Assembly (NCBI GenBank): GCA_964016885.1
Contig: OZ024741.1
Coordinates: forward strand, 307,768,001 to 307,832,000
DNA from: Eledone cirrhosa
Lineage: Eukaryota
Reading direction: 5' to 3'
Length of the DNA: 64,000 nucleotides
Within the stretch, counting starts at the first letter, position 1. The number at the start of each line of letters is the position of its first letter. Both the position numbers and the translations under genes were made by a program. A model generated the notes under the pieces. The model ran no database searches. It was not told the origin of the DNA and was given only the letters and a program-made list of their open reading frames with translations. Below, one piece after another: positions 33,641 to 46,905 of this stretch.

Positions 33641-34013
33641 CATTACAGCGTGGATTGTGTTTTGTTTTGTTTTTTGTCGTGACACCTACACGATCTCGAT
33701 CTTGATCTGATTATCTCATTTATTTGGACTGGATGTTGTGGTACCAACTTTACAGAGAGAGTGGTGTTGGTGAGAGTGGGAGGATAGGGTAGGGGTAGTG
33801 GATTGTGGTGTATATTTGGTTAAGAGGTGCCTACTGACTGTATATATATATATAACAAATAGTTTATCGCTCTACATGGCTGAATACAAGAAATGTAAAT
33901 CTGAGTTTTTCGAATATTAATACTGATATTCGATTCATTTGCAATTATGCAAACAGCCTCTTAAGCCATGTCAGTACAATGACTCCGTCATTCTTGCTTT
34001 TGTGTTGGCATAT

Positions 34014-34076
34014 AAACAGAACGGCAAACACTAATGTTTCTGGATTATTAGCCTTCATCAGTACCGTATACTGTTT
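34014..34076 (-). ncRNA. Type I hammerhead ribozyme motif
   Basis: Minus strand: AAACAG-UAU-ACGGUA-CUGAUGA-AGGCUAAUAAUCCA-GAAAC-AUUAGU-GUU-UGCCGU-U-CUGUUU. Extended stem I, weak stem II, GUU cleavage triplet. Confidence 0.7.
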
Positions 34077-34499
34077 ACCTGCTAACTACCAGAGCTAGTG
34101 AAAATATATGATATTTTCTGGAATATCAGGGTGATTTGCATATTAACAGACTGCCTGTTCAGTCAGATCTGCACACACACACATATATATTGTCACAACA
34201 CCTTTCTAGGAGAGGGAAACTCTAAAAAAGAACCTGCGGCTTCGTAAGCATCCGATGATATCGACTAATTCTCCTTTTCGAGGAGTGTTTTCGATGCTCA
34301 GAGTGGGATTGGTCGAGTGCAAGGCCTTTCCCCACTTAGAAACCTTCAAAGCACAGGCATTGCTTGTTCAGGATATGTTACAGATTTGTGTGGCTGGCGG
34401 TAGCCTAAGAGTGTATCAAACTCTATAATCTGACAGGCGATTGCAATACTCTTAGCAGAATCAAACGTCGTCCAATTGTATCTTTTTTTTTTTTTAGTT

Positions 34500-34823
34500 T
34501 TAGGGGCACTCCGTCGGTTACGACGATGAATTTTCCAGTTGATCCGATCAACGGAACAAGCTTCTCGTGAAATTAACGGGCAGGTGGCCGAGTATTCCAC
34601 AAACACGTGTACCCTTAACGTAGTTTTCAGGAAGATTCGGCGTGACACAGAATGTGACGTGGCTGGCCCTTCGAATTACAGTTACACCTCACTTTTGCCA
34701 GCTGAGTGGACTGGAGCAACGTGAAACAAAGTGTCTTGTTCAAGGACACAGCGCGCCACCAGGAATCGAACTCATGACCTTACGATCGTGATCCGAATTC
34801 CCTAACAACAAAGCCACGCGCCT
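34500..34823 (-). mobile_element. tRNA-derived CORE-type SINE (family B), near full length
   Basis: Minus strand: GGCGCGTGGCTTTGTTGTTAGG (A box), GAGTTCGATTCC (B box), then GTGTCCTTGAACAAGACACTTTGTTTCAC...CAGCTGGCAAAAGTGAG resembling the CORE domain. Confidence 0.8.
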
Positions 34824-35063
34824 TCTCAATTGTAAATAACAATAAAAATAATCGATCAATATTAATAATAGTTGAGAAAATCACCTGGAGACGAAAAAAC
34901 AGGTGAGAGAGGTTTACTTCCCTGGCAAGCGTCTCTGTCCTATTCTGTCCGTCTCTAGGTATTCTTTACACTATTTTCTCAACTATTAGTTATGATGATC
35001 GACATTTTCTCCATTTTTGTTATAATTACATATATTAGGACATTTCAGAAATATGTATAAATA

Positions 35064-35180
<117 letters not shown>

Positions 35181-35240
35181 GCATGCATGTATATATGTAT
35201 ATGCATGTATATATATATGTATATATGTATATATGTATGT

Positions 35241-35395
35241 AGGCGGTGATTTGACAGTCGTTAGAATGTCAGATAGAATGCTTTATGTTATTTGTTCCGG
35301 CTCTCTGCTCTCTGAGTTCAAATCCCGCCGAGCTCAACTTTGCTTTTCATCCTTTCGAGGTCGATAAAAAAGTACCAGTCTAGTACTGGGGTCCA
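35241..35395 (+). mobile_element. SINE family A copy
   Basis: GGCGGTGATTTGACAGTCGTTAG ... GAGTTCAAATCCCGCCGAG ... GTCGATAAAAAAGTACCAGT. Confidence 0.8.
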
Positions 35396-36248
35396 TTCTT
35401 CCTCCATATCTCTTTTTCATCTCCTCTTTCTCACTTTCTATCTTTATCCGGAAGAAATCTGCTGGTGAGGGATGGGTTCCGCCTGGCTTAAAATGCCCAT
35501 GAAACACCATCAATATGGCGCCCCTACAACTATATCAGGAGTTCCAGGCCCATACAGACACCCATATATATGTGTAATGCAGCAATGAACACACATAAAA
35601 AAAGAAAGTGTATGGGAAAGAAGAGAAAGAGCTGGGCAAATATATCTGTCGGCCGAAGTAAATATTCTTTTCTTCTGATTGTGGTGTCAGTTATCGAACT
35701 GTGACAACACACTATCAATTATATTTCGACCTCAGAACTTGATTGGTTTTGGTATTTCAATTATTGATCTAGGAATGATGAAAGGAAATATTGACAAGAT
35801 TTGAACGCAGTGCAAATCAGAAAGACATGTAACCGAATAATGTAAGGCGTTTTATCCATCCCTCCACCGAAATATTGACTCATCAGGTATGAAGTTTGTA
35901 GAAATTTGCAGAAAAAAAAACAAATTTCTACAAATTGTATATTTGACCACCCAATATAATTCTATGTGTACCTATTATGGTTTAATTTCTGTAAGTTATT
36001 GTTTTGTCTTGGCTTTTGGCTTGTTTTTCAGATGCTGTGACATCGAGTAGACCAGCAGTATCACTGTCAGTGGTCGAAGCTGCCAAAATCGATCTATCTC
36101 TACGGCAAAAGACCTTGGACTTCTATCATCAGTTTGTCTCTTTATCTTCAAATACATTTTTTTAAAGGTTTCCCCTTTAAAAAATGTTTTTCGTTCTACT
36201 TTATTTCCGTTTGTTGTCTTCTCTTTGTTAATTATCCTTATTTTACGA

Positions 36249-36326
<78 letters not shown>

Positions 36327-36786
36327 CGAAAGTGCACACCACCAGGTGATTGACGAGGTACAGATGCAATTGCCTGTTTCTCTTCTGTTACTGTTTTTCT
36401 TTGTAGATTTTCTGCTGATACTATATACTGTATATATAAATTGTATATAGTTTCTCTATATAGATGTCTATTGTTGTATACTGCAATAGGCATTCATCAT
36501 GTGACTATGCCCGAGCTGTTTATGCGTGTGTAATGCATGTATATATGTGCCTGTGTCTTTGTGAGGGTGTGTAGATGTGTCTATGTGTACATATTAGGAG
36601 ATCAAGTGCAGTTGGTGTGAATATGAATGCTAGAAGGAATGTACACCCGGGGAAAACAGCAATGACAGCAACAATCGAAATAATTCAATTGAAGTTGTTC
36701 TCGTTGCCATGAGGACGGTATAACGTATAAGATGGTGAGCAATAGATAAATATCGGTCCATCTTTCTATCTTATCTATCTACTTAC

Positions 36787-36846
<60 letters not shown>

Positions 36847-36873
36847 ATCTATATCTATATATTTACACACACA

Positions 36874-36934
<61 letters not shown>

Positions 36935-36944
36935 ACACACACTA

Positions 36945-36982
<38 letters not shown>

Positions 36983-36986
<4 letters not shown>

Positions 36987-37200
36987 AAGTATGACCCCGA
37001 CAGCAGAGCTCAAGCCGTTTCGACGGCTATTTCTGAAACTAAAAAAGCTCTTACTTTAGTCCAGAAATAGCCGCCGAAACGGCTTCAGCTCTACCGTCGG
37101 GGTCATACTTTCTCCTATTACCCACTCTACTACCCAAAGTATTGAGTACTCTGGTGCGTTATGGTCCATCTAGTTCCTTATCACAACTCCTTCGTTATAT
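36983..37200. mobile_element. Fold-back, MITE-like repeat with ~60-bp imperfect arms
   Basis: 36983-37043 is the imperfect reverse complement of 37055-37114. Relatives at 8812-8900 and 48722-48870; all abut (TA)n. Confidence 0.7.
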
Positions 37201-37389
37201 ATATATAGTATAAAAGAGAAAACACAGGTAAGCATTAAGAGAAGGATTTTATCCAGGTATTTACGACCGTTTCATTGGTAAGTGCAACCTTATATTGCTA
37301 CACTGCAAATAGCAGTCACTCAATTATAATTGTTGTTCACGTCCAAAGTTTCAAAATAGTGGATCACAATAAGCAATTCTCTGCTTCCC

Positions 37390-37440
<51 letters not shown>

Positions 37441-37739
37441 TGGCTACCAACTCGTTTTCGAGTACGGCCACTACTTTATATCCATGTAGGAGAACCCCTA
37501 CCGATGCGCTGAACGAGTGTGACTTTTCGGTCCGGCCAGCGACTTGAAAACTTTGGTACAAACACTACACTTGTGACAATTATTGACACATAGTGCTGGG
37601 CCCATGGTACCATGTGACGACAAGTGCAGAGAGATCTCCAGATATAAAGCAATGCCTGTGCCGTGAAGCTTTTATAGTGAGCAAAGGCACTGCACAAAGC
37701 CAGTCCCACTCTCTTAACCAAGATGATATTTACCAAAAA

Positions 37740-38043
37740 GAAGAACAAGTCAACACCATTAGATATCATCAGGGTTGCAGGTGTTATATCAGAGTTTTCC
37801 TTCTCCTAGAATTCTGCCTTGACAAAGGCTAAGGGGTCATCTCTCCCAGTGATTTTGGATGGCCATTGACTCTTAAGAGCTCCATTGCCCTTTGACAGGT
37901 TTTGTTTTTAGTCCTGCAGGATGTCCAAAGTCACCCTCCTCACCAAGAAACCTTGGTGGGGTTGCCAGTTTAGTCGCCAACGACCCGACCATGGGACAGG
38001 TTGTACTGGGATACATGTTACCAGTAGCACCAACTGGTGACCT

Positions 38044-38047
<4 letters not shown>
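37740..38047 (-). mobile_element. Probable 5' UTR segment of an RTE-type LINE or a derivative
   Basis: AGAGTTTTCCTTCTCCTAGA...TGCCTTGACAAAGGCT resembles the reverse complement of RTE/Expander 5' regions (recognised from memory only). Confidence 0.35.
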
Positions 38048-38099
<52 letters not shown>

Positions 38100-38139
38100 C
38101 ATACACACATACATATATATATATATATAAATATATGAA

Positions 38140-38420
38140 AAAATGGCGTGCTGCGTGGTTGCAAATGGGTTACATATGAATAAAATTAGTCCTTCATCAG
38201 TGATCTTCCAGCCTTCATTGGTATTTCATCGCTTTAAAAATCATATATCTCTGGTTGGTGCGAAAACGGCTAAAGAAAGTCGTTGGGACACGTAAAATAG
38301 GATGAAACGAGCGAGAGGTGTATACAAACAAAGATGGTATTGCAACGAAATCGATGAACTTAAGTTCTGTGAAATCGTAGACGAGAGATAAAGACCATCC
38401 GACCTGGGTGAAATCTGAGC
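38140..38420 (-). repeat. Dispersed repeat; inverted paralogue at 60655-60935
   Basis: Shares GTCCTTCATCAGTGA, GGTTGGTGC, ACGGCTAAA and GTCGTTGGGACACGTAAA with the reverse complement of 60655-60935; both abut (TA)n. Confidence 0.75.
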
Positions 38421-38626
38421 GAGAAAAGGAGTTCACACAGGTCAAATGGGAGGAAGTGAGGGAGAGGGAATAACAGAGAGTGAGTGAGTGAAAGTGTGAG
38501 GAAGAGGCTAACCGAGAGAGTGACTGGCAGAAGGGGTAAAAAGAAAGTGAGAGAGAGAGCGAGGGAGAAAAAGAGGGAGGGATAGTGAGAGACAGAGCAA
38601 GAAGCAGTCAGAGAAAGAGAGAGAGA

Positions 38627-38709
<83 letters not shown>

Positions 38710-39306
38710 TGTGTGTGTGTGTGTAAGTGGTTGGAATAGAGTGGTTTAATAGAAGAATATGTGACAACTATTTCTAGCATGTTTATCGTCCACTCGGATG
38801 TTCCCTCATTGGCTCGCTGTATATATTATAGACAGAATGAATACTTAAGAAGAACCTAATAATGTTTGGCGAGACGGGTGTAACAAAGTGGTATGGGTGT
38901 AATATGAAGCTAGGTGTCTGTAGAAGGGCCAGGCTAGTGCGTGAGTGTTGGGGATGGAAGAAGAAGAGAGAAATTGGGGAGAAGTCAGGGAAAGGGAACA
39001 GTGAATAATGCTGTATATTTGTGTATAAACTATATATATGCAGCCGTGTATGTAGAGCAGTTTATGGTGCCGGTGGAGATAGGGTTTTGGTGGTGCTGTT
39101 GGTGCAGTGGGTTTTGTATGTCTGCATAATAGTGTATATAAATCTAAAGGGTAAACAAATATATTTATATACAAATACCTCTTCAATATGTGTATAAGTG
39201 TACATATTTATATACATATATACATATACATATATACGAATTCATATGTGCGTGTGTTTGTATGTATCTTGTGTGCGAAAATGTGGTTGCCGGTGTGTAT
39301 AGTCTG

Positions 39307-39412
<106 letters not shown>

Positions 39413-39504
39413 CGTGTGTGGTTTCATGCGAATTCTCGTGGCATCATTTACACATCTTGTGTTCTTTGATGATACTTTAAAGCTATAAAGGCTGATTGAA
39501 TATA

Positions 39505-39538
<34 letters not shown>

Positions 39539-39975
39539 ATGCGCACATACACACACATACACACATATACACACACGCACACAGACGCAGACGTAATCAT
39601 ATGCACAAACACACACGAACATTCACACAGAAATACATACAAATACGTATACACACACACATTCCTAGTCCCTCGCTTTTCCACCCTTTTTCTCTGGCAT
39701 AGACACACCGTTGCAAACATACACACAACTACATTCATAAAAGATACGAACAAGAACAACAATAACCACAACAGCAATAAAAACAGCTACAACCACCACA
39801 ACAACAACAACATACCAAAACCACAAACATGATAACAATATCGATACCAACAATAACAATACACAAACTGAAAGTGTATAATGAAGAAAAATCAAAGAAA
39901 ATTCTTTATAACAATCAACAAAAAACATATACTTATGTTTAAACATATATATGTACACGTATATTTATACATGTC

Positions 39976-40031
<56 letters not shown>

Positions 40032-40049
40032 TACATATATATATATAGT

Positions 40050-40152
40050 AATAATTGTTTCTACTTTTGGCACAAGGCCAGCAATACCCAGTGTATTACT
40101 GGTACTTTATTTTATCGACTCTGTAAGAATGAAAGGCAAAGTTAACCTCGGC
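40050..40152 (-). mobile_element. Truncated SINE family A copy
   Basis: AATAATTGTTTCTACTTTTGGCACAAGGCCAGC...GAAAGGCAAAGTTAACCTCGGC. Confidence 0.85.
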
Positions 40153-40279
40153 ATAGTAATAATAAATGTGAAGACTAAAATCCGAAGAGGGCTCGATAAG
40201 GATTATATATATATAATCTGTACATATAATGAATGTATACATATATATTATGTGTTTGTGTGTATATGTTTAAGTATTT

Positions 40280-40582
40280 GTTTTGCAAGAATCTTCATGT
40301 GAAATCGTGTGTTGAGACCGATATTGTTATACTTGGTGAAGGTTATGTTGCCAGTATTGCCAATAATAAGAAAAATATGGACCATATGATATCTATTTTT
40401 TCACTTATTTTTATTACTAGTTATTCGTTAGTTTGTGGAAGTTCTTTCGTCACCCACTGACAAAACAAAAGATGGACTAATAGATTAAGGTTAGAAAGAG
40501 GAGAAGTCACGAAACATAACAGATAATCAATGAGTAGGTCACAGAATGTGTGACGAAAGACCTTTGACGAACTATATATATA
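40280..40582 (+). mobile_element. Short relic of the Penelope-like family with a decayed hammerhead
   Basis: 40280-40370 matches 54972-55073. 40527-40582 (UCA-AUGAGUA-GGUCAC-AGAAUGU-GUGAC-GAAAGACCUU-UGA...AACTATATATA) matches the PLE hammerhead region 57619-57675. Confidence 0.6.
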
Positions 40583-41219
40583 ACTAAAAAACACAGACAA
40601 TGCGTATGATGAATCATAAATCATGGTTTTTATTCATTTTTTTTTGTTTTTAGACGTAACATACTTTTTTCAATAAATCACCATTTAAGGCTTCTTTCAT
40701 GCCGGAGAAATTGTAGTGTTGTCTCGTGGCCAAAGGACGGATATAAGAATGTTAGAGGAATAGAATGCAATAGTGTTTGTTCGCCACCAGTAGAAATCAG
40801 TGGCAGTACATTCCCGCAAGTTTAACCCTGGGTCAGTGTTACCGTTCATTCTAGAAGTTTAATATCTTTTCAGTATTAGAAAAGAAAAAGAAAAAAAGAA
40901 GAAACTTGTTTTCTTTCATCACATGCATTGTCTGGGATTTCAAGTAATTTCTAAATCTAATATTGTTTCAATATCCTTAAAATTTTTCCTGAGTAAATTA
41001 GAGTTCATGGTGCCCTACAAAGTATGAAATTGTATGAAATGACGCTATAAGTCGCGTTAAAAAAATGAACGAAATTAAATGTAATGGGTGAGCATTGGTT
41101 ACGGAGCAAACATTATTGCTAAAATATTCCATATAGATTTAAAAAAAAACATAATAATTGATTAAAGGAGCTTGACAGTCGATCGACTTTCGTCAAATCG
41201 GACCAAGGGAACAATGTTT

Positions 41220-41800
41220 CTGCAAGATATCCTTGGTAATTTCTAACTGAAACATCATTTAGACTAGATTTAACGGATGAAATTTCCCTGAGTCTTTATA
41301 GTCTGAAGATTGTGGAATTTTGAATGAAAAGGACTGATGTTACTAAATTTCTTTTCATATTACCATGTAAATATGCCAAAATAGTTTTAATGCTAAATTA
41401 GAAAGCAGTGCTTTTTACGGCAGAATCTCAGTACAAAGACAATTCAATTCAAAATGAAATGGTATTCGACATTTCAACCCAGAGTACATTCTGTAGCCAC
41501 TTCCTTTGGAGGTCTATTTTGGTTATTGCTTCGGTATCTTCATTTACACAATTATTCTGTAATGTCTAAAATTGCAGGTTTGATAGGTTTAAGGCACTCA
41601 AGCATACCAAATATTTCATGGACTCTAAAACGTTGAAATTAGCTGGTAATAATTACTGAGGTTGCTCAATGCATCTTTCATGCATTTAACTTTCTGAAAT
41701 TTACATTGGCAGAATTCATTCTTAGCTGGAAAAAATCCCTTTGTCAAGAGTTTTGCCAACAGACACGCTGGCAAATACCTAGTATTGCCACTCTGTCGCA
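41220..41800 (-). pseudogene. Highly decayed hAT-like transposase C-terminus
   Basis: Minus-strand pieces FGMLECLKP, KIDLQRKWLQNVLWVEMSNTISF*IELSLY*DSA and LHGNMKRKFSNISPFHSKFHN follow the order of hAT dimerisation-region motifs (FW.E...Y, LPHSNAE.ER.FS.M...KSK.RN). Many stops. Confidence 0.45.
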
Positions 41801-42645
41801 TTGGAATCATACGATACTTTTTCCATACAAAATTTAATCAAGAAACAATTGTACTCAAACACGCATAATTTGCATAATATTGATTAAACATTGTTTCTTA
41901 AGACTTCCCCTGCACATACACACACAAGCACACACACACGACAACATACACAAGCACACACACGGCAACAGACACAAGCACACACACGGCAACAGACACA
42001 AGCACACACACACGTCCACTTTAATGCGGAGCCACGTGAAAGTCATTGCTTAGCAGTTTTCGTGGTCTGGAGTGGACAAAGTAGAAATTTCCTTTTGATA
42101 GAATGCCAGTCTATCTCAGACATTACCACATGATATAGTATGTCTTGTGAGCAGTTACGTAATGTGAAGCGAAGTAGACGAAAATGGAAGCAGCCATTTC
42201 TGCATGGCTAAAGATGGCCATATCACAAATAAATGGTCCCAGGTTCAAACCCACTTCACATCACATTGGGGAAGTACATGCGATTGTAACAAAATTTTGA
42301 CCAATAAATCGTGAATAGCTGCTAGAGAGGAAACTGATATTATGCTCCGCACCACACCACACAACGCTACATAACACCAAATTAAGCAATTCTAGATCCC
42401 ATCTCATCCCAAAACAACACAGAAGACAGCCCAACACCACACTACATCATACCTTCTCTCAATACACAACATCACATTATACCACGCTACAACCCACAAC
42501 ACCACACAAAACAACACAGCACCACAACACACTATACTAATTCTCCTCATACTTTCCCTCTCACCACACAAAGTCTCACCAGAGCACACCACTACACAGT
42601 ACCACAACACCATTACTCTACATCACACAACACCACTAAAACCCA

Positions 42646-43127
42646 CATAACACCACGCAAAACCACACAAACACACAGCATAACACCACGCAAAGCCACA
42701 CAAACACACAGCATAACACCACGCAAAACCACACAAACACACAGCATAACACCACGCAAAACCACACAAACACACAGCATAACACCACGCAAAACCACAC
42801 AAACACACAGCATAACACCACGCAAAACCACACAAACACACAGCATAACACCACGCAAAACCACACAAACACACAGCATAACACCACGCAAAACCACACA
42901 AACACACAGCATAACACCACGCAAAACCACACAAACACACAGCATAACACCACGCAAAGCCACAGAAACACACAGCATAACACCACGCAAAACCACACAA
43001 ACACACAGCATAACACCACGCAAAACCACACAAACACACAGCATAACACCACGCAAAACCACACAAACACACAGCATAACACCACGCAAAACCACACAAA
43101 CACACAGCATAACACCACGCAAAGCCA
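42646..43127. repeat. 33-bp minisatellite, ~14.6 copies
   Basis: Unit CATAACACCACGCAAAACCACACAAACACACAG, almost invariant. Confidence 0.95.
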
Positions 43128-43560
43128 CGCCACTCGTTAAGATACCTTACCCAAAAAACAAAGGGGGAGAGGGAGAGAGAGATAGAAAGAGAGGGAGGGA
43201 GAAATAAAGAGAGAGAGGGAGATAGGAAAGAGAGGAAGACTCACGAGGTGAAGTATATCTGTCAATCAAGCATGTATTTCCAATTCATTAATCCCCATTT
43301 CCGTCAAATTGCTCCCTTTCTTGCACTCTCCTCCCTGCTCGCCGCAGTCTTTCGTTTCTGCTCCTTGTTTGCTTTTTTTTTTCAAACTTCTATTCCATTC
43401 TTGATTAATATTTGCTTTTGTTGTTGTTTGTTGTTGTTTGCTGTTGGTTGTTGTTGTTTATTGTTGAAAACAGCGATCTACCTGATATGATTCCCCTTCT
43501 TTTACGTTTCCTTTCCCTACAAGACCCCCTCCTCCTCTCATCCTCCTTCAGCGCCATCTT

Positions 43561-43615
<55 letters not shown>

Positions 43616-43783
43616 ACTTCTTGCTGCTCTTGGTGTTGTACCGACAACACCGCCATAACTGCTAAATCCACATTACGACCACCATCACTATCAACTTCAG
43701 CACTACCGACAAGAAAAACAACCATTACCATTACAGGTGACACCACCATCACAACCACAGCTACCAACAACACCAGCTCTACC

Positions 43784-44054
43784 ATAAGCGCTGAGCTGGT
43801 TAGACGCAGGTGTGAGCCTCGCGAGATGGAATGGCTCTTCCAGCGCATCTCCCTTACCATCCTCCGGGGAAACGCCATCTCCATTCTGTGACCGCCGGGG
43901 CCGTGGGGCGGCCAGCACGTGGGACCCCATTTTCTCGTGATAGAGAGAGATGGGGAGGGTGAGAGAGATGGAGGTGATGGCAGTGGGAGTTCGGCTCTTC
44001 TGCGTTTGGACCTGGTGTGCAGTGTCAGTTGTCCGTAAGGAAGTAGTGATTCAT
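43784..44054 (+). mobile_element. 5'-truncated CRE-clade non-LTR retrotransposon (end of restriction-like endonuclease domain plus 3' UTR)
   Basis: ISAELVRRRCEPREMEWLFQRISLTILRGNAISIL* matches the CRE C-terminal signature (GDPRE..FLFQRISLAIQRGNA). Ends in a (TA) tract. Confidence 0.75.
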
Positions 44055-44224
44055 ATATATACATATATACATACAGACACACGAGCACAGAGTGGTTGTG
44101 GTGGTGGTGGTAATGGTGATAGTGGTGGTGGTGGGGTGGAGAGGATGACGTTGTGTGAACAATACTTTGTTTTATGCACCCTCCCCCTCTTTTTCATCTT
44201 TATCTTCAGCATCTTTAACTTTAT

Positions 44225-44267
<43 letters not shown>

Positions 44268-44409
44268 CATATATATAAAATTATAGGGTTAGAAACTCAC
44301 AATAAATCCCCTATGATCAAGGGAGAGCTCAAGGGAGAGAGACCGAGCTCTTTATAAATCATAGCAATGAGAGAAGGCACATAATGAATTATGTCAGATA
44401 ATCTATCTA

Positions 44410-44575
44410 TCTATATAATACTAAAAGTCTGTGGTTGCTTGTTTCCTTGTCTGTAATGTAATACAGCCTAAAGAGCTCATAATGGGAAATACTTTGAAAT
44501 ACTTTGCTCCTGAAACGGGAATACAAATGGAATAAAACAAGTTTCGCGTAAATCGAAGCACGGGTTCCCGAGATA
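44410..44575 (+). mobile_element. Possible non-autonomous Helitron-like fragment
   Basis: Starts A|TCTATATAATACTAAAA and contains CGAAGCACGGG near the end; no terminal CTAG seen. Confidence 0.3.
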
Positions 44576-44967
44576 TGGGTTTTTTTCGGGTACTTTCATA
44601 AATAGTCAAAACGGTGCATAATGGAAAAATACTCCGAAAGTATTTAGAAATATTTTTTAAGTGAATGTCATTAATACAAGTACAGTAACTATTTATATTT
44701 TAGCTTTCTTTATACAGAAAATATTTTAATTTTTTTTAAAATTATTTTCAAGTGAATACGATTAAAAAAATGTTTTGGTATATTTAAAAAGTATTCTTAA
44801 GAGAGAATGACTTCAAAAATCCAAATTGTTTGTACACTGAGTATTTATATTTCAGCTTTCTTTATTTTAATCATTAAAAAGTACTTTTAAGTAAATATGA
44901 TTTGAAAAATACGAGTGGAAGAAAAAATATAATAATGACATTATAAGTAAAAAGAGATGGAAATATA

Positions 44968-45132
44968 ATAATTGTTTCTACGTTAGGCACAAGGCCAGCA
45001 AATACCCAGTGCATTACTGGTACTTTATTTTATCAACTCCGTAAGGATGAAAGGCAAAGTTAACCTCGGCGGGATTTGAACTCAGAATGGCAAAGCATGG
45101 CGTCCGACCCTCTACCAATACTACCAATCCAC
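44968..45132 (-). mobile_element. SINE family A copy with an internal deletion
   Basis: ATAATTGTTTCTACGTTAGGCACAAGGCC...GGGATTTGAACTCAG...CTACCAATCCAC. Confidence 0.85.
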
Positions 45133-45275
45133 ATATAATAATGATTTCGTTTATTGGCCACAAGGGCCGACATGTAGCGGACAATACAAAGACAGGGACA
45201 GTGGAGGGTTGCAATAGCAAAACCAATTTAACAATGAGAAAATATAAAATAAACTAAGTGTGTTTGTATGTGTGT

Positions 45276-45336
<61 letters not shown>

Positions 45337-45520
45337 TGTGGTGTGTGTGAGTGTGTGTGTGTGTGTGTGGTGTGGGTGTGTGTGTGTGTGTGGGCCTTCC
45401 AATTTCATTTTACATTATATACATGTCTATGTATATAATGTAAAATGAATGTAATGTAATATATATATATTTTTTTTCAACTGTTGAAAATTGCAAACTT
45501 GACTGTCACCACTGAATATA

Positions 45521-45555
45521 AACCTGAAGATTGCGAAAGCATGAAAGTACTTGTT
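45521..45555 (+). ncRNA. Type I minimal hammerhead ribozyme motif
   Basis: AAC-CUGAAGA-UUGC-GAAA-GCAU-GAAA-GUAC-UU-GUU. GNRA-capped stem II, AGUACU palindromic stem III, 3-bp stem I. Confidence 0.7.
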
Positions 45556-45679
45556 CAATTAACACTTAAGTTTTAATATTCTACCATACTATTTCATTAT
45601 AATATCATTATAATATCATTATAATTTTAAAGGATTGTAAATAAAACGAGTAAATCAGACAAAGGTGGAATACCTTCTA

Positions 45680-45716
<37 letters not shown>

Positions 45717-45945
45717 AGTTTTCGCTATAAAAATTGCGAAGAATCATAATACGCACAGAAGTTTCTCAACAGCTGTACCTGCTTCTTATGAACCTCACAT
45801 ACTAGAAAGAGAGAGAGAGAGAGAGGGGAGAGAGAGAGAGAGGGGAGATAGAGAGAGAGAGAGAGAGAGATGAGAGATAGAGAGAGAGAGAGAGAGAGAG
45901 GGGAGAGAGAGAGAGGAGAGAGAGAGAGAGTAGAGAGAGAGAGAG

Positions 45946-45978
<33 letters not shown>

Positions 45979-46269
45979 ATATAATTAATCTCCGAAAGCA
46001 CATGTTTCCAACTGGCTGAATTCGAGGCCCTTCCATTCAGTCACTCTCGCCTCACTCGTCTCTTCTACCATCACCAATTTTCTATTCACCCTCATCCCTA
46101 GTCCCCGCACTAGCCACTACATCCAATACTAATTCCCCTGAATTCTTCCCTGCGCTTATCTTCTTTGTGGAAGTCGAACTTGCATCAATTTAAGCGGAAC
46201 ATCAGTAGCATCAATCCTCCTTGATTCCGGAGAGCCTGAAATATGGCATGGGGCACAGCTATTTCCTCG

Positions 46270-46860
46270 GTCTGAAATAAAAGTAGGCGAAAACTCTCTG
46301 AGAAGAAAAGGTCATCAGTGTACTACCAAACTGATGAAATGCTCAGACAGATTAAGGAAGCGACACACAATAGGTTGTAAGCCCAAACTCAATAGAAAGC
46401 ATGAATTGAAAAACAACACCACGACTTAATGACTAAGGACAATATAAGAACACACAAAACCAAAGCTAAACCGATATTCAGACAGAGCCCACATCCACCC
46501 GCAAAAAGAATACAAGAAAGAAATAGACTAACAAATACATCGTCAGAAGAAAGGGAGACAAGAAAGAAATAAGACACACACATATACACAAAAACTTGGA
46601 TGAGAAACAAGAAATAAAGACATATATCCAATGACAGACACACACACATGTCAAACAAAATCTCGTAGACATATTATAGCAGCACACACATACACACATA
46701 CAGAGCGACGCAAATGCACACGCATGCGCAGACCATATATACACCTCCTAAAGACAAGAATGAGCAAATAGAATTGGATCAGAACAAAGATGAAACAGAG
46801 AGAAGCGAAACTTGTCATTGATAAAGTCACATGATGGATGACAAAAGAACTTTGACAATT
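46270..46860 (+). mobile_element. Decayed 3' end of a Penelope-like element (GIY-YIG tail plus dead hammerhead)
   Basis: DEMLRQIKEATH..RL/KPKLNRKHELKNN (46333-46420) aligns with DPADRQIREATEIELRKPRLNRKNEWNNN of the 56782-57366 ORF. 46812-46858 reads UUGUCA-UUGAUAA-AGUCA..UGAC-AAAAGAACUU-UGACAA. Confidence 0.7.
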
Positions 46861-46905
46861 AACAATTAAACAAACACCTGCTTACTAAACTAACTAATAA
46901 AGGGA

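Noticed and set aside
41299-41336. CTGAAGA...GAAA hammerhead candidate
   Set aside because: No convincing stem II and no UH site before the putative stem I. Other lone CTGANGA hits (7697, 9830, 32490, 46331, 58909, 63220) also lack the fold.
42613-43133. Cys-rich repetitive proteins in three frames
   Set aside because: Translation of the 33-bp minisatellite.
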